DNA of 64,000 nt, from NCBI GenBank assembly GCA_964016885.1, contig OZ024741.1:305350001-305414000 (forward strand). Reading direction: 5' to 3'. The DNA is from Eledone cirrhosa. Taxonomy: Eukaryota. Positions 38,959 through 52,220 of the stretch are shown one piece after another; the first letter of the stretch is position 1; every line of letters begins with the position of its first letter. Below the pieces are notes generated by a model. It ran no database searches. It was not told the origin of the DNA and saw only the letters and a program-made list of their open reading frames with translations. The translations under genes and the position numbers were made by a program.

Positions 38959-39795
38959 GTATGTATATGTTTTACAATGACTACCACACACTCTGTCTGT
39001 TATGTTCCCTATATTAACTACTAATTGTTTTTCACTCATATAATGTCTCTGACTAGTTCTCTAAACCAAGCATGGGCAACCTTTTCCCAGCAGTGGGCCA
39101 CATAAGATGTAAATAATTGTTTCTACTTTTGGCACAAGGCCAGCAATTACCCAGTGCATTATTGGTACTTTATTTTATCGACCCCGGAAGGATGAAAGGC
39201 GGGATTTGAACTCATAAGATGTAAATAATAATGAAAATTAGTGTGTTTTCAGCATGATATGGTGGGCCATATTGCTAAAGAATTCAAGGCAATTATAAAA
39301 CTAGGCATGCTATTCAGAAAGCCATGACTGTTCTAAACTATTGTAGTTTTCTACACCTACTAGTGTACATTATAGGGTATATACTTATTATGCCTGTATA
39401 AGTTACATGTCAAGTATATTTAGTAAGAAGAGAAACAAAAAGTAAGATGTTTTAACATTTTCTGCAACATCAGGATCAGAGTTGGAAGGTGTTCCAGATT
39501 GCAAGGCAGTGTACCAAAGAGAATCGAGATGCCCTGATAAAGATGTGTATACATAAGGATAATGTCATGAATGTGCTGTTCTGAGAGGTTGTTGATTGAG
39601 GTGAATATATTGGAGAGAGAGAAAAAGTGTATCCCAAGAAGGCCCAACAGGAGTACCAATTTGAAGAGAATGACAGTATTTTCACATTTGCTTATGTTTT
39701 CACCATGAGACTTATATTCTAAAAACTATAGTTATATCTACATCAAATTTATCTTAAATTTTCTAGTATATGCTATGTTGTGCATATGTTGGTGC

Positions 39796-39960
39796 CACTG
39801 CCAGATTTACCATTGTGCTTAGGTGTGCTTAAGCACAGGACCCTGTTAGCCAGGGTGCCCATCTTTCTGCACCCCAAATTTTTTATGATGAATTTTTCCA
39901 ATGAAAGGAGCCTCATAACTTATCTAGCACAGGGCCTCATTTGTCCTAAATCCAGCACTG
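39796..39960. mobile_element. hAT-type MITE
   Basis: 8 bp TSD GTTGGTGC on both sides; imperfect TIRs CACTGCCAGATTTA / TAAATCCAGCACTG. Confidence 0.75.
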
Positions 39961-39998
39961 GTTGGTGCTATGATAAAATACACCAAGCCCTCTCTGTA

Positions 39999-40711
39999 AA
40001 GTGGTAGTATTGGTAACATGATAAAATTCACCCAGTCTGTGCTATAAAACAGTAGTGCTAGTAGCACAATAACAAGCATCTGGTCCATGCTGTAAGGTGT
40101 TAGTAAATGATCTGACATAAGGAAGGGCATCCAACTGTAGAATCGATGCCAAATATGGCATATATGAGCAAGGTAGTGCATCTGACAAGTGCAATCTCAG
40201 TATGTGACAACCAAATTAACCCATGCAAGCAGGTAAAATAGACATTAAATGGTGATGTTGCTGCTGCTGGTGATAACTTAGCAATCACTTAAGCAATTAC
40301 TACTTGCTTAATGAAAGTAGTGTATACAAGTTTTGTTATATTTATAAACTGGATAAGTGGTAGTATTGGTAACATGATAAAATTCACCCAGTCTGTGCTA
40401 TAAAACAGTAGTGCTAGTAGCACAATAACAAGCATCTGGTCCATGCTGTAAGGTGTTAAGTAAATGCTCTGACATAAGGAAGGGCATCCAACTGTAGAAT
40501 CGATGCCAAATATGGCATATATGAGCAAGGTAGTGCATCTGACAAGTGCAATCTCAGTATGTGACAACCAAATTAACCCATGCAAGCATGGAAAATAGAC
40601 ATTAAATGGTGATGTTGCTGCTGCTGATGATAACTTAGCAATCACTTAAGCAATTACTACTTGCTTAATGAAAGTAGTGTATACAAGTTTTGTTATATTT
40701 ATAAACTGGAT
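39999..40711. repeat. Tandem duplication, about 356 bp x2, containing a SINE tail
   Basis: Near-identical units start at 39999 and 40355. Confidence 0.9.
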
Positions 40712-40775
40712 AATTTTTTTTTAATTAAAAAAAACAAACATTTATTAATACTACTTTTTATTTTTTATTTTGCAG

Positions 40776-40901
40776 AAGTGGTTATATTGGTCCTTTGGTA
40801 GTATTTGTGTTTTTTATTGTTGCTAGCGTCATCAACCGATTTCTAATGTCTAAGGTGGTGTATTGTGTATATAAAAAAGAAAAACTTGAAGGAAACTTTA
40901 G
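40776..40901 (+). CDS. ABCD4: ABCD4 exon (SGYIGPLVVF...KEKLEGNFR)
   Basis: ttgcag / AG|gtgagt, 126 nt; matches GWLGP...EKLEGDFR. Confidence 0.93.
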
Positions 40902-42445
40902 GTGAGTCTCAAATACTTGCTCGTATTAAAATTTGTATTTTTTTGTTTTTGCTTCACTATAATATAAGAAAATTCCTCATTATATGTTAGGTGGTAGTGG
41001 TGGTACCCCGATAAAACACACCTGTTACATGTCACAAAGTGTTTGGCATTAGGAAGGGCATCCAATTGAAGAAATCATGTGTCTTGTCCAGAGGGGAGTC
41101 TTGAAATCTCAGTCACTTAACGCCACAAAACTGGGATAAGCACCAGCCTGGCGAGCCTCCTGGCCTGAGACAGACTTTAGAGACATACACCTATTATACT
41201 GATTGTTTGTTATGTTAAGTCACTTCAAAGCAATGATGAAAAACTGGTTGGCCTCCTCCCTTTTCTTTCAGTAGATACTTTCTTTCATTCTCAACTTCCT
41301 ATCTTCTAACCTCTTCATTATAGTATTTATTAGGCACACACAAGAGACACACATGCACAGTTAACTTAATAACATTTGAAGATGGTAACAGAGTATTTTG
41401 AATTGATTTCATTATATTTATAAAAATCTATTTCTATTTTGGAGTTGTACTAATACAGTATGTAGAAACTAAATCAATTATGTCATAGAAAAGTCATTTG
41501 AGCCATTCAAAATATACACAAAATCTATTAAATTCCAATTACATTATATTTATCGATTTATCAGTGACCAAAAATTAGTTGGAAATTGCTACTCTGGTTT
41601 CAGAAGCATTTTGGCTGTTGACCAGTGTAATTTTTTAGTCTAAAAATTTTCTCCACACTGTTTGTGTCTTGTGTCAGTGACCAGGTTGTAAACATTGCGA
41701 TGGGAATTTTAACACCATGAAATAAAGGATATTTGTAAAGGGAATTTAACAGTTTTGTGTGTATTTTGAATGGTTAAAATGACTTTTTCTCATCAGTTTA
41801 TTTTTAAAATTACATAACACACCAAAGAAAATATAAATTACCATATTTATCAGCATGGAAGACCCTTTTTTTCCCAAAATAAGTCTTGAAAATTTAACCA
41901 ACTCTTCAATGCCAGAAAATGCAGTAGTAGATTCTACTATTATTTTAGAATAAGACTAGAAATATATTTTTATATCAAATTAGCTAGTTCATATGTTCAA
42001 ATGGTATGTTATATAATATTCTTTGAATTAAATTGAAGTAAGAATGGTATTTTCTTTCATTAAAAACAATGTCTTTATACTACAGATTTTTTATTGATCA
42101 GTGTATTAACCCTTAACATCCTATACCACATGAAACCACATTAGCAAGATATTTTTGAAAGATACAAAGCAGCACTATGACTGTATCTCATAAAAAATTA
42201 AAGCCTTTACGCTAATGCTAAAATTTTCTCAACAATCTGTCCATTAGTAAAGAAATTATAGACACTTAACAAACTTGTTTTAAAGTATTTTCTACAGGAT
42301 GTTAAGAGTTAAATTAATCAGTTCCTTTTTTTTTAAATATAAATATTGGTGAAAAAATATGAATTATAAAAACAAAAAAAAAAAATTTCAATTGCCAAAT
42401 TAAAGACTTTGTTTAAATTAAATATTTGACATATTTTCTGACTAG

Positions 42446-42591
42446 GTTTAAACATATGCAGATGAGAGTTCATTCTGAATCAATGGCCTTTTACCAACCT
42501 GGTTTCACAGAATATTTAAAATCAAATGCCATATTGTTTGATCTCATAAATAAACAATATGGTTTAGCACAAAGGAGTTATGTGCTTAATT
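42446..42591 (+). CDS. ABCD4: ABCD4 exon (FKHMQMRVHSESMAFY...; EAA-like motif)
   Basis: actag / T|gtaagt, 146 nt; matches FKHMQIRVNAEPAAFY. Confidence 0.92.
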
Positions 42592-43760
42592 GTAAGTATG
42601 ATGATGATATATTGCTGTTATTGTTGTTGAGCAGCTCTAACATGCCATACTCTAACAAACATGGGTATAGACAATGGGTGGATTTTACATGTTGGATACA
42701 CCATGATTTAGTCTGATGTGGAACCACGTTAATTCTTTCATTACCATATTTCTACTGAAAGATGCTGCAAATGTGATTCAAGTAATTGTGAAAATAATAA
42801 AAATATTTTGAGGGATTTAGTAAAATAACGGTTTCATTGTTAAGTTAGTATTTGGAACATTTAACAAAAAGTTTCTTATATAAAATTCCTCAATAATTAA
42901 TTGAAATACAGTGTATGTCTTAGAAATATGAATAATGTGATATTTTATATGTTTGAATGAAGCAGTTAAACATCCTTCAAGAAACAGCTTATTGTCATTA
43001 TATTCATTGTTTTAAATTCATTTTTACATTGTTTGCTTGGATTATACTGGCATACAATATGGCATATTATCCATCTTTACAGCCCTATCATAATTTGTTT
43101 GTAAGGCTCAATATTCCTAGATCTCACATCACAAACCTCTTCCATTCTTTATTCTTCCTCTATCACAGATATCTTCTGCTATCTACGCATGGTACATTTT
43201 ATCAGTCTTTCGTATGATGCTAGCACACATGTTCATACTCACATGCAGACAAATATGTAGTATTTCCCCACTTTCTTGAATATACTCACATAAAAACATT
43301 CAAACACAGTATTTTCTCCATTATCTTGTATATAGACACATAAACATACTCAGATATATATGCAGTATTCTCCCTACTTTCCTGTATGTACACACAGAAA
43401 CACACGCGCACACACACACATATATATATATGTATCATCATCATCACCGTTTTACGTCCGTTCTTCCACGCTAGCATGGGTTAGACGGGTTGTCCTGTTG
43501 TGGGCAGTGTCTGATCGGCTGACCATGCCTTGCTCATACAGGAACTGATCTGGCTTGATTTCTACAGCTGGATGCCCTTCCTAACACCAACCTCATTTAC
43601 AGTGAGTGCTGGGTGCTTTTTCGTGGCGCCTACACGTCCACTTTACAGTGTGGGCTGGGTGCTTTTTTGCCGTGGCACCTCCACGACCACCTTGCAGTGG
43701 TGGGTGTGGGGGCATATTGTTTATATGCTTCAGCATGTACCCATGGGAGGTCGGGTACCC

Positions 43761-43789
<29 letters not shown>

Positions 43790-43793
<4 letters not shown>

Positions 43794-43881
43794 GAACCAG
43801 TAAGGGGTCTTACTGGTTCCTATTACCCACTCTACTACCTCAAGTATTGAGTACTTTGGTGCGTTATGGTCCACCTGGTTC
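43790..43881 (+). mobile_element. Short PLE-like terminal remnant with fold-back 5' end between (TA)n tracts
   Basis: Perfect hairpin ATAGGAACCAGTAAG-gggt-CTTACTGGTTCCTAT; GTATTGAGTAC shared with the PLE tail. Confidence 0.55.
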
Positions 43882-43899
43882 CTTACCACATTTCCTTCG

Positions 43900-43958
<59 letters not shown>

Positions 43959-45248
43959 TATACATACATACATATGCAGTATTCTCTCCACTTTGCTGGC
44001 TATACACACTTAAAGGCACATAGACTTGCTATATAAGCACAGAGATAAAACATACATACACATAGTTTCTACATATTAACACCATATGCAGATACTCCAC
44101 CTTTCCACTATTCTATATACACATATTATACACTGGTGAGCTGCTAAAATTCTAACAACTGATTTGTTTAGCTGCCCAAATTTTAAGAACAGGTTGCTGA
44201 ACGACAAATATTTTCACCATAGCTTGTGTAAAAAAAGTTCTTAAGTTGAGCATAAAGTAATGCATTGTTAAAATTTGTCTTCATTAATATAATATTACAG
44301 TAAGCATCCAGCAAAAAGTTGACTTATTTTCATTTAACTCTTAACATACTGTAATGATTTACTCTTGGGTATCGAATACCCTCCCCCCTCCGCTTATCAA
44401 ATTTTACTTATCCAGCAAAATTTTCTTTATACATTAAAAAATATTATACATAACACAAAAAGTACATCACTAGAAATCCCATACATTATGAAATAAATAG
44501 GATGGGTTGGATCTCAATATGTAAACTAAATGACTAATTCTGTTTTTTTAAAATCAACAGAGACAACCTAGAACATTTACCGACCCCACCTTTTAACCCC
44601 CAGACTTATTCTACCCCCTATTATTTGGATCCCAAAGGTAGCAGAAAATATCTAAAACTGGGTTTGTTAATTCAAGTGTTGATAGTATTTTATTTACTAG
44701 TAGACAGATTGTTGTGAAAATTACTGTATTAGAACAAACACTTTACTTTTTATTGTGATTCAGTTATAGTGTTCTTTTTGTACTTTTCAAAAGTGACTTG
44801 CTAATGTGGTTGTAATAGTTTAGCACAAAATGTCTAAAAGCAGGTTTGTTAATACAAATGTTTATGTATTTCTATTTTTGTGAAAATTTGCTTTTTTAAG
44901 TAAGAACAAAAACTTTAATTTTTTCATAGTTATAGTGCTGTTTTGTCCTTTTCAAGAATGTTTTGATAGATACAATACAACAAACAACCACATATAGGTT
45001 ACAATTGTGATGAGAGGTTAAAGTATTGTGGAGAAGTAGGGGACAGGGAGGTAGATTGGTACAATATATCAAACCAACATACATAGAGTTATGAGGTTTC
45101 ATATGGTACAAGAGTTAAAAGAAATGTTAACATAAACTGGTGTACACTAGATCCAGCTTATCCATTGTGTATACACTAACAGAATGCAGATACACACATT
45201 GAGATATATAACATGAACCTATCTGACAAACTATTTTAAATGTTCCAG

Positions 45249-45370
45249 TTTTTGTCAAGATGTCGGACTATATTGGAGTAGTGCTAAATTATATCATCCT
45301 GGCCATTCCAATATTTGCTGGGTTTTACAACAACTTGACTCCTGCAGAATTATCTTCAGTCATAAGCAAG
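45249..45370 (+). CDS. ABCD4: ABCD4 exon (SDYIGVVLNYIILAIPIFAG...LTPAELSSVISK)
   Basis: ttccag / AAG|gtatgt, 122 nt; matches [24 protein letters not shown]. Confidence 0.95.
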
Positions 45371-45609
45371 GTATGTAAGAAACAAGAAAGCATTTTTCTT
45401 TTTCCTCCTCCTCCTTTAGCATTTAAACTGGTTGTATCCGGCTAGAATTCTCTCACTTCTTTCTGTTCAAACTGGCTGTAACTGGCCACTCATACTGATG
45501 TTATGGTATTGTTCTCAAAATAAATAATATCAAAATCTCATAGATTTGATATTATGTGAGATAATTATGTGAGGTAAAGCCTTTATCATGAAAATATAAT
45601 AGTAAATAT

Positions 45610-46520
45610 CTTGTGACGCTAAACTCCACCAGTTGCAGACTGCGCATCAACATGAGATACTTTTCTCCACAAAGTTTGATCACCAGCAGCAGAGTTTAAA
45701 GAGCAAAGATCAAGTCCAGTCCATAAGTTGACATTATCAAGCCATTGTTTTGGCTGCACGAGTTGATCTTTTTATATGACCGTATAGTTTGAGTACTCTT
45801 GACTTGATAATTGATGTAATTGGTCTGTCAGGTAATGTTGAGCAGCTCACTGATACCAATATGGTCGCTGAGCCGCTTGCCAATCATAAGTCTCATGATG
45901 TAGTTCTGGAATGTAGAGAGCTTCTGAAGTGACCTTGTCGTCCAATTAACACAATCAAGACCATATAACACAACTGGTAGCATGTAAGTATCAAAGATCT
46001 TAGCCTTCAAATGATAGGAAACTTGTTTTGATGTTAGTACTTCCTTGTTCTCGTTGAAAGCTGCCCAACCTAGAGCGATTTGATATTGCTCAGAAACCAT
46101 TTCATTGTTGTTTGATGATAGTTTGTGACCGAGATATACAAACTCCGTAACTTGAGAAATTTACTGGTTGTAGATTGTGAGTTGGAGATTGGCATTGTTT
46201 TTTTTTTATCAGTTGACATACATTTTGTTTTGGAGATGTTGATGTGTAAGCCCGCCTCCAGCGAATGTTTGGCCAGTACATTCAGAAAGTCTTGCAGATC
46301 AGTTCTAGAGTAACTCATGATGGCCAGATCGTCTGCATAGTTAAGATTTGAGAGGATTTTACCTCCTTTTGATTTCTCAATGATTTGTTCAATAGCTAGG
46401 ATCTGCTCAATGGTGCCTCTGCCAGGTTGATACACAGCTTATGTTTCAGAAAATGAGGCGTAAAGGTCTGACTTCACTCATGCTGCAATGATACTCATGA
46501 AAAGCTTGTAAACGTGACTC
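45610..46520 (-). mobile_element. RTE-clade LINE fragment (second family) inserted into a TTAA/piggyBac-like MITE
   Basis: NLNYADDLAI RT motif, KAKIFDTYMLPVVLYG; 12 bp TSD AATAGTAAATAT (45598-45609 / 46521-46532); host MITE ends AATGCTAAAGGGTTAA, other copies about 8430-8647, 28693-28893, 37868-38070. Confidence 0.8.
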
Positions 46521-47142
46521 AATAGTAAATATAGAATAATGTAAATGCTAAAGGGTTAAGGGAGAATGCACTCCTATATTTTGAACTTTTTCATCCTATG
46601 CCTTCATACCAACACATGCTGTCAGATGTGAGTAATACGATTTAACAACTGTTAACTTAATTTTAACATATATGTTCATGCTGTGTTTAAGCATTTCGTA
46701 CACCAGAATGCTGTTGATTTTTCGGTTGTCTGCTATCTATTTCTCTCTGTTTCTCTATCTTTAACACCTTAGTTCTGCTGGTATCTATCTATATATTACT
46801 AAAACTTGCTTGTCTGTAATGTAATATAGCCAAAAGGGTGCACAATGGGAAAATACTTTGAAAGGAAGTTGACCCTGAAATGCGAATACAAATGGAATAA
46901 AACAAGTTTTGCATAAATCGGACCACGGGTTCCCGAGATATGGACTTTTTCCGGGTACTTCGATAAACAGAGAGAGAGAAAGAAAGACACAGAAAGAGAG
47001 GGAGAGAAGACAGAGAAGGAGAATGGAAGAGAGAGAGAGTTGGTAGTGTTGTGTATATATATATATATATGTGAGTGTGTGTGTATATATATGTGTGTGT
47101 GTGTCTATGACCAGTGTATATAGATCATAGACACTCACATAT

Positions 47143-48130
47143 ATCATCATCACCGTTTTACATCCATTCTTCCATGCTAGCATGGGTTAGACGGGTTGTC
47201 CTGTTGTGGGCAGTGTCCGGTTGGCTGACCTTGTCTTGCTCATACGGGAACTGATTCTGGCTTGATTTCTACAGCTGGATGCCCTTCCTAACACTAACCT
47301 CATTTACAGTGAGTGCTGGGTGCTTTTTTTTCCGTGGCGCCTACATGTCCACTTTACACGGCTTGTACCCGTGGGAAGTTGGGTCTTTTGTATTACTGCA
47401 TGATGCCAGAGGTCACGGTCGTGTGTCATTGCCTTTGAGAGGTGCAATTGGGTAAGGTTGGCTTTTATCACCTCATCCCAGGTCTTCTTGGGTCTCCCCA
47501 CTCTATCGACTTCTAGTGCTCTGCACCTTTTTATGCAGCTGTCATCCTTCATACGCATCACATGTCCATACCAACGCAACCTCCTCTCCTGCACACAGCA
47601 TTTGATTCCTCTTATGCTCAGTCTCTCTCACAATTCCTTTATGCTTTGCCGTTCGAGTATATTACTATTACACATCCATCGGAGCATGCAAGCTTCGTTT
47701 CTTTCTAATCTATGCAAGTCTTCTACACACAAGGCCCAGATCTCACTACCATGTAGCATTGTTGTTCGTATGCACGCATCATACAGTCTGCCTTTCATTT
47801 TGATGGAAAAGCGTTTTGCAGCTAGCAGTGGCAGTAGTTCCCTGAACTTCTTCCATCCCGTTCTTACCCTGGTTACTGTACTTTCCGAACACCCACCTCC
47901 ACTGTTAATTCGGTCACCTAGGTAGCAAAAGCTGTCTACAGTTTCTACACAGCCCTCCCAGAGTTTGGTGGTGCTTGTTTCCTGTGGCCGTTTGTTGCTT
48001 GCTGTCCCGGCGCAGCTACTACATGTAAAGCCTACATTCTTAGTTAAGCTTCTTGAGATCCCACTACATCTCTTGTATACCCATTGTTTGGCATTTAGGG
48101 CAGAGGATGGAGTTCCTACCTGCACCTTTA

Positions 48131-48131
<1 letters not shown>
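47143..48131 (-). mobile_element. 5'-truncated RTE LINE with 3'UTR, inside the Helitron microsatellite
   Basis: VDSFCYLGDRINSGGGC...KGRLYDACIRTTMLHGSEIW...[12 protein letters not shown]...GRPKKTW; (GAT)n tail. Confidence 0.9.
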
Positions 48132-48178
<47 letters not shown>

Positions 48179-48180
48179 GT

Positions 48181-48617
48181 GAAGCCACATGGCTTAGTGG
48201 TTAGAGCATTGGGTTTGCAATCGAAAGGTTGTGAGTTCAATTCTCGGATTGGGTGATGTGTTGTTTCCTTGAGCAAGACACTTTATTTCACATTGCTCCA
48301 GTTTACTCAGCTGTCGAAATGAGATGATAGGACTGGGGTACCTATCATTCCACTGCAACGTGGTCGTGGAAGTGCCACAGCAAAAAGCACCCAGCCCACA
48401 CTATAAAGTGGACATGTAGGCACCACGGAAAAAAAAGCACCCAGCACTCACTGTAAATGAGGTTGGTGTTAGGAAGGGCATCCAGCTGTAGAAATCAAGC
48501 CAGAATCAGTTCCTGTATGAGCAAGACAAGGTCAGCCGACTGGACACTGCCCACAACAGGACAATCTGTCTAACCCATGCTAGCATGGAAGAACGGACGT
48601 AAAACGGTGATGATGAT
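48181..48617 (+). mobile_element. tRNA-derived SINE family 2 with RTE-derived tail (copies 63478-63818; 43433-43700 minus)
   Basis: TGGCTTAGTGGTTAG A-box, GAGTTCAATTC B-box, CCTTGAGCAAGACACTT CORE-like block, tail matches RTE 3'UTR 47143-47356. Confidence 0.85.
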
Positions 48618-49738
48618 ATATATGTATACACACACACATTTATATATATACATACACACATGTATATATATGGGCTTTCCAGTTTCATTTCACATTATAT
48701 ACATGTCTGTGTATATTTTAATTATTTAAAAATTATTTTAAAGTGAACATGATTTTTTAAGAATATTTTGAAGTGAATGTAACCCAACGGGTCACGGGTG
48801 GTCTAGTATATTACTAGAAGTCTGTGATTGCTTGCTTGCTTGTCTGTAATGTAATACAACCAAAAGGGCGCATAATGGGAAAATACTTTGAAAGGAAGTT
48901 GAAATGGGGATACAAATGGAATAAAACATGTTTCGCGTAAATCGAAGCACGGGTTCCCGAGATATGGGGTTTTCTGGGTACCTTCATAAACAGAGAGAGA
49001 GAAGGATAGAGAGGAAGAGATAGTAGTTGTGAGAGAGTAGATTGAAAGAGAGACATAGAGAGAGAGAGAGAGAGGAGACAGAGAAGGAGAATGGAAGAGA
49101 GAGAGAGAGTTGTTGGTGTTGAATATATATATATATATATGTGAGTGTGTGTGTATGTCTATGACCAGTGTATATAGATCACAGACACTCATATATATAT
49201 ATATACACACACATACATATATATATACACACGCACACACATATACATACACACACGTATATACAGTATATATGGGCCTTCCAATTTCATTTCACATTAT
49301 ATACATGTCTGTCATCATTTAAATTATTTAAAAATTATTTTTAAGTGAATATGATTTTTGAAAAGATATTTTGAAGCAAACGTGACCCAATGGGTCACAG
49401 GTGGTCTAGTATTTACATATAACCAACACTTGTACAAAAAAACTATATGACTATGCACATCGCAAACCTAACTATTCTTCTTCACTCTATAAGCTTGCTT
49501 ATGATCTGTGCATTCGTTCATTATTTGCCTATATTCTTGTTGTTGGATGTGATAAATTAACCTTTTCTTTCTGACTTCTGATGATATGAATTTATACAGG
49601 CTTACTACCATGGGGATGATTATTAATTGTATCAGATTGGTTCATTTACATATTGACTCTCATCTGTATCGAAACAATTGTTGAGACTAAAGATTGATTT
49701 GATTTAAGAATCTTGGTTTACTCAGTTTTAAATATATA

Positions 49739-50673
49739 CTAGACCACCCGTGACCTGTTGGGTCATGTTCACTTAAAAGTAATTTTCAAATAATTAAAAT
49801 ATACACAGGCATCTATAATATAATAAAGGGAGGAGTGCGGGACAGCGTCCGTTTCATAATTTTTTTTATCTCGTTAGTAAAATAAGTTAGATTACTTTGA
49901 ATAAATCATGAAAGAATATTATGTAATTTATCTACTAAATTTCATAGTTGTTGATTAAACATAAATATTCTTATATATAATGATTGCTTATTTTAAGATT
50001 CACTTCTTTAAAATTTTCAAATGTCAACTCTTCTGGTTAGCGTCCATTATATTATAACACTTATTACATTGCTTATATAAACTTTCATATATTTCCATCA
50101 TTATATAAGGTTTATTTAGGTCACTAATTTTCTACTTTTTCATTTTGATAACATTTTAGTTTATCATATATGCAGTTTATATATAATATCGTCTTTTTTA
50201 AATGTACCATGGATTACTTTACTGATTACAGAAGAGAGTGTAACACAGACTTTGTTCAATTTTTGTGCATATTGTCAATTACGATTTTATTTGACGTATC
50301 ATATCTACATGCACATATATTTGCATATAATATCAATATGCGCACTCCACATACTAGCAGAAAACCACCAGCTCTCTCTTCCATTTTCTTTCTCTGTCTC
50401 CTTCTCTCTCTCGGTGTCTCTTTCAATCTACTTTCTCACAAACAAACACTATCTCTTTCTCTTTATACTTCTCTCTCTCTATTTATGAAGGTACCTGGAA
50501 AAACCCTGTATCTCGGGAACCCGTGCACTGATTTACACAAAATTTGTTTTATTCTATTTGTATTCGCATTTCAGGGTCAACTTCCTTTCAAAGTATTTTC
50601 CCATTATGCGCCCTTTTGGCTGTATTACATTACAGACAAGCAAGCAATCGTATGAGTTTTAGTAATATATAGA
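49739..50673 (-). mobile_element. Family A Helitron (minus) carrying an opposite-orientation family B Helitron 5' segment (49811-50370)
   Basis: CTAG and hairpin at 49739, reverse-complement TCTATATATTACT at 50673; inner part homologous to 31066-31520. Confidence 0.78.
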
Positions 50674-50734
50674 TAGATATACACATTTATACATCACCTT
50701 TCGATATATAACCCTCATATACATGTATGTATGA

Positions 50735-51052
50735 AGGCATGTGGCTTTGTGGTTAAGGTATTCAGCTCACAATTGTAAGGTCGTGAGTTTGATTGCTGGC
50801 GGCGCATTGTGTCCTTGAGCAAGGCACTTTATATCATGTTGCTTCAGTCCACTCAGCTGGTAAAAATGAAATGTACCTGTAATTTGAAGGACCAGCCTTG
50901 TCATGTTCGGTGTCACACTGAATCTCCCAGAGAAGAACATTAAGGGTATGCGTATCTGTGGAATACTCAGCCACTTGCACGTTAATTTTACGAGCATGCT
51001 ATTCCGTTGATCGAATCAATTGGAACACTCGCCGTCGTAACTGATGGAGTGC
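50735..51052 (+). mobile_element. tRNA-derived SINE family 3 (CORE-like block, different tail)
   Basis: A/B box remnants, GTGTCCTTGAGCAAGGCACTT, body shared with 9650-9945. Confidence 0.75.
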
Positions 51053-51849
51053 CCAAAATACAACTATGTTGGAGTGAGCATCCTAACTCTAATTCTTATT
51101 CAGGCCGAGCCAGCTAAAGCTTCCTATGCAAATGAGGTTAATCAGCCCTAATACATAAGTGAAAAAAACTATATGTTTTCGGCTTATTTGAGTCCCAGTA
51201 GGAAGCAAGAAGGGGTGCATGGCCTCAACAATAGCCAAATAGCCAGAAACAGCACTGTTGGTTACTTCCCCTTGCTTCTGCTGGATCAAGGTAGATGGCA
51301 CCAGTCATCACCTTCAAAATTCATAACTAAAGGCTTTCAAATGTTTATTCATAAATATATCTCCCAAACTAGGGTTCCGACATAGCCAACTGGCTTGTCT
51401 CTCCTCATAATGGGACCATCCAGTTCCACACTGTAAATGTGGTTGCAGTTCCCAAACTATGGTTCCGCTGTGAGAAGGATTTGGTGTGGCCAACTGGCCT
51501 GTTCCTCTTCATAACAGTGCCATCCAGTTCCACACTGTAAATGTGGTCATGACCATAGGTAAGGGTTGATAAGAATACCAAATTGAAGATTTTACACCTA
51601 CCTCCCTTCTTCTGATTACCGAATGCTGAAGCTGGTGCAGTAATGCACCAGCTCCTGCATTTCTTGCACTTAATTCAACCTCTTAATTTCCATCACTCAT
51701 GAACATGGCCTTGAGATACTTCTCCATCAGCTTCAGTGAAACTCCATTCACATGTAGAGTGCACTGTGCAACTTTCTTTGAAAGGACGAATGTCAGTTTT
51801 CAAAGCAGTGATTTTCATTCCGGCCATGCAGCACTCGGCATCAAACCTA

Positions 51850-52220
51850 TGGTTGAGGTCACTAGAATAATTAAAGAGCTCAAATATTCTAAGACGACTG
51901 GGGAGGATGAAATCTGGCCCGGGGTGTTAAAAGCCTTAAATGGGAAGGTATTCTGTTGCTGGCTCGTGTGGGCCAGGTAACCTGGGTCTCTGGAAAGGCA
52001 CCTAAACAATGACAATCGGGAGTGAAAATCCCAATTTTAAAAAGGAAGACAAGAGAGATTGTTCCAATTATAGAGGGATCTCCTTGTTAAGCCTTCCTGG
52101 TAAAGTCTATGCTAAGGTGTCTGGAAAAAAGATGTAGGGAGATTGTCGACTCCAGCTAGCTGATGAACAGTGTGCTTTTTGCTCTGGATGCAGCACAGCT
52201 GACCAAATATTCACACTATA
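51850..52220 (+). mobile_element. Degenerate RTE RT N-terminal fragment
   Basis: KTTGEDEI...DKRDCSNYRGISLLSLPGKVYAKV...EQCAF...STADQIFTL with frameshifts. Confidence 0.8.

Larger units (their letters stand above)
46784..49409 (+). mobile_element. Two nested family A Helitrons (46788-48806 inserted into the 5' end of a second copy ending 49409)
   Basis: TCTA | TC...CTAG | TATATTACT reconstitutes the 5' consensus; both copies end in hairpin plus CTAG. Confidence 0.8.

Noticed and set aside
48181-48260. tRNA gene candidates (also 23455, 26870, 50735, 63480)
   Set aside because: A/B boxes belong to SINE heads; no complete cloverleaf and all continue into SINE bodies
49578-49690. CTGATGA...GAAACAATTGTT hammerhead-like motif
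   Set aside because: No stem I complementarity; at best a decayed relic
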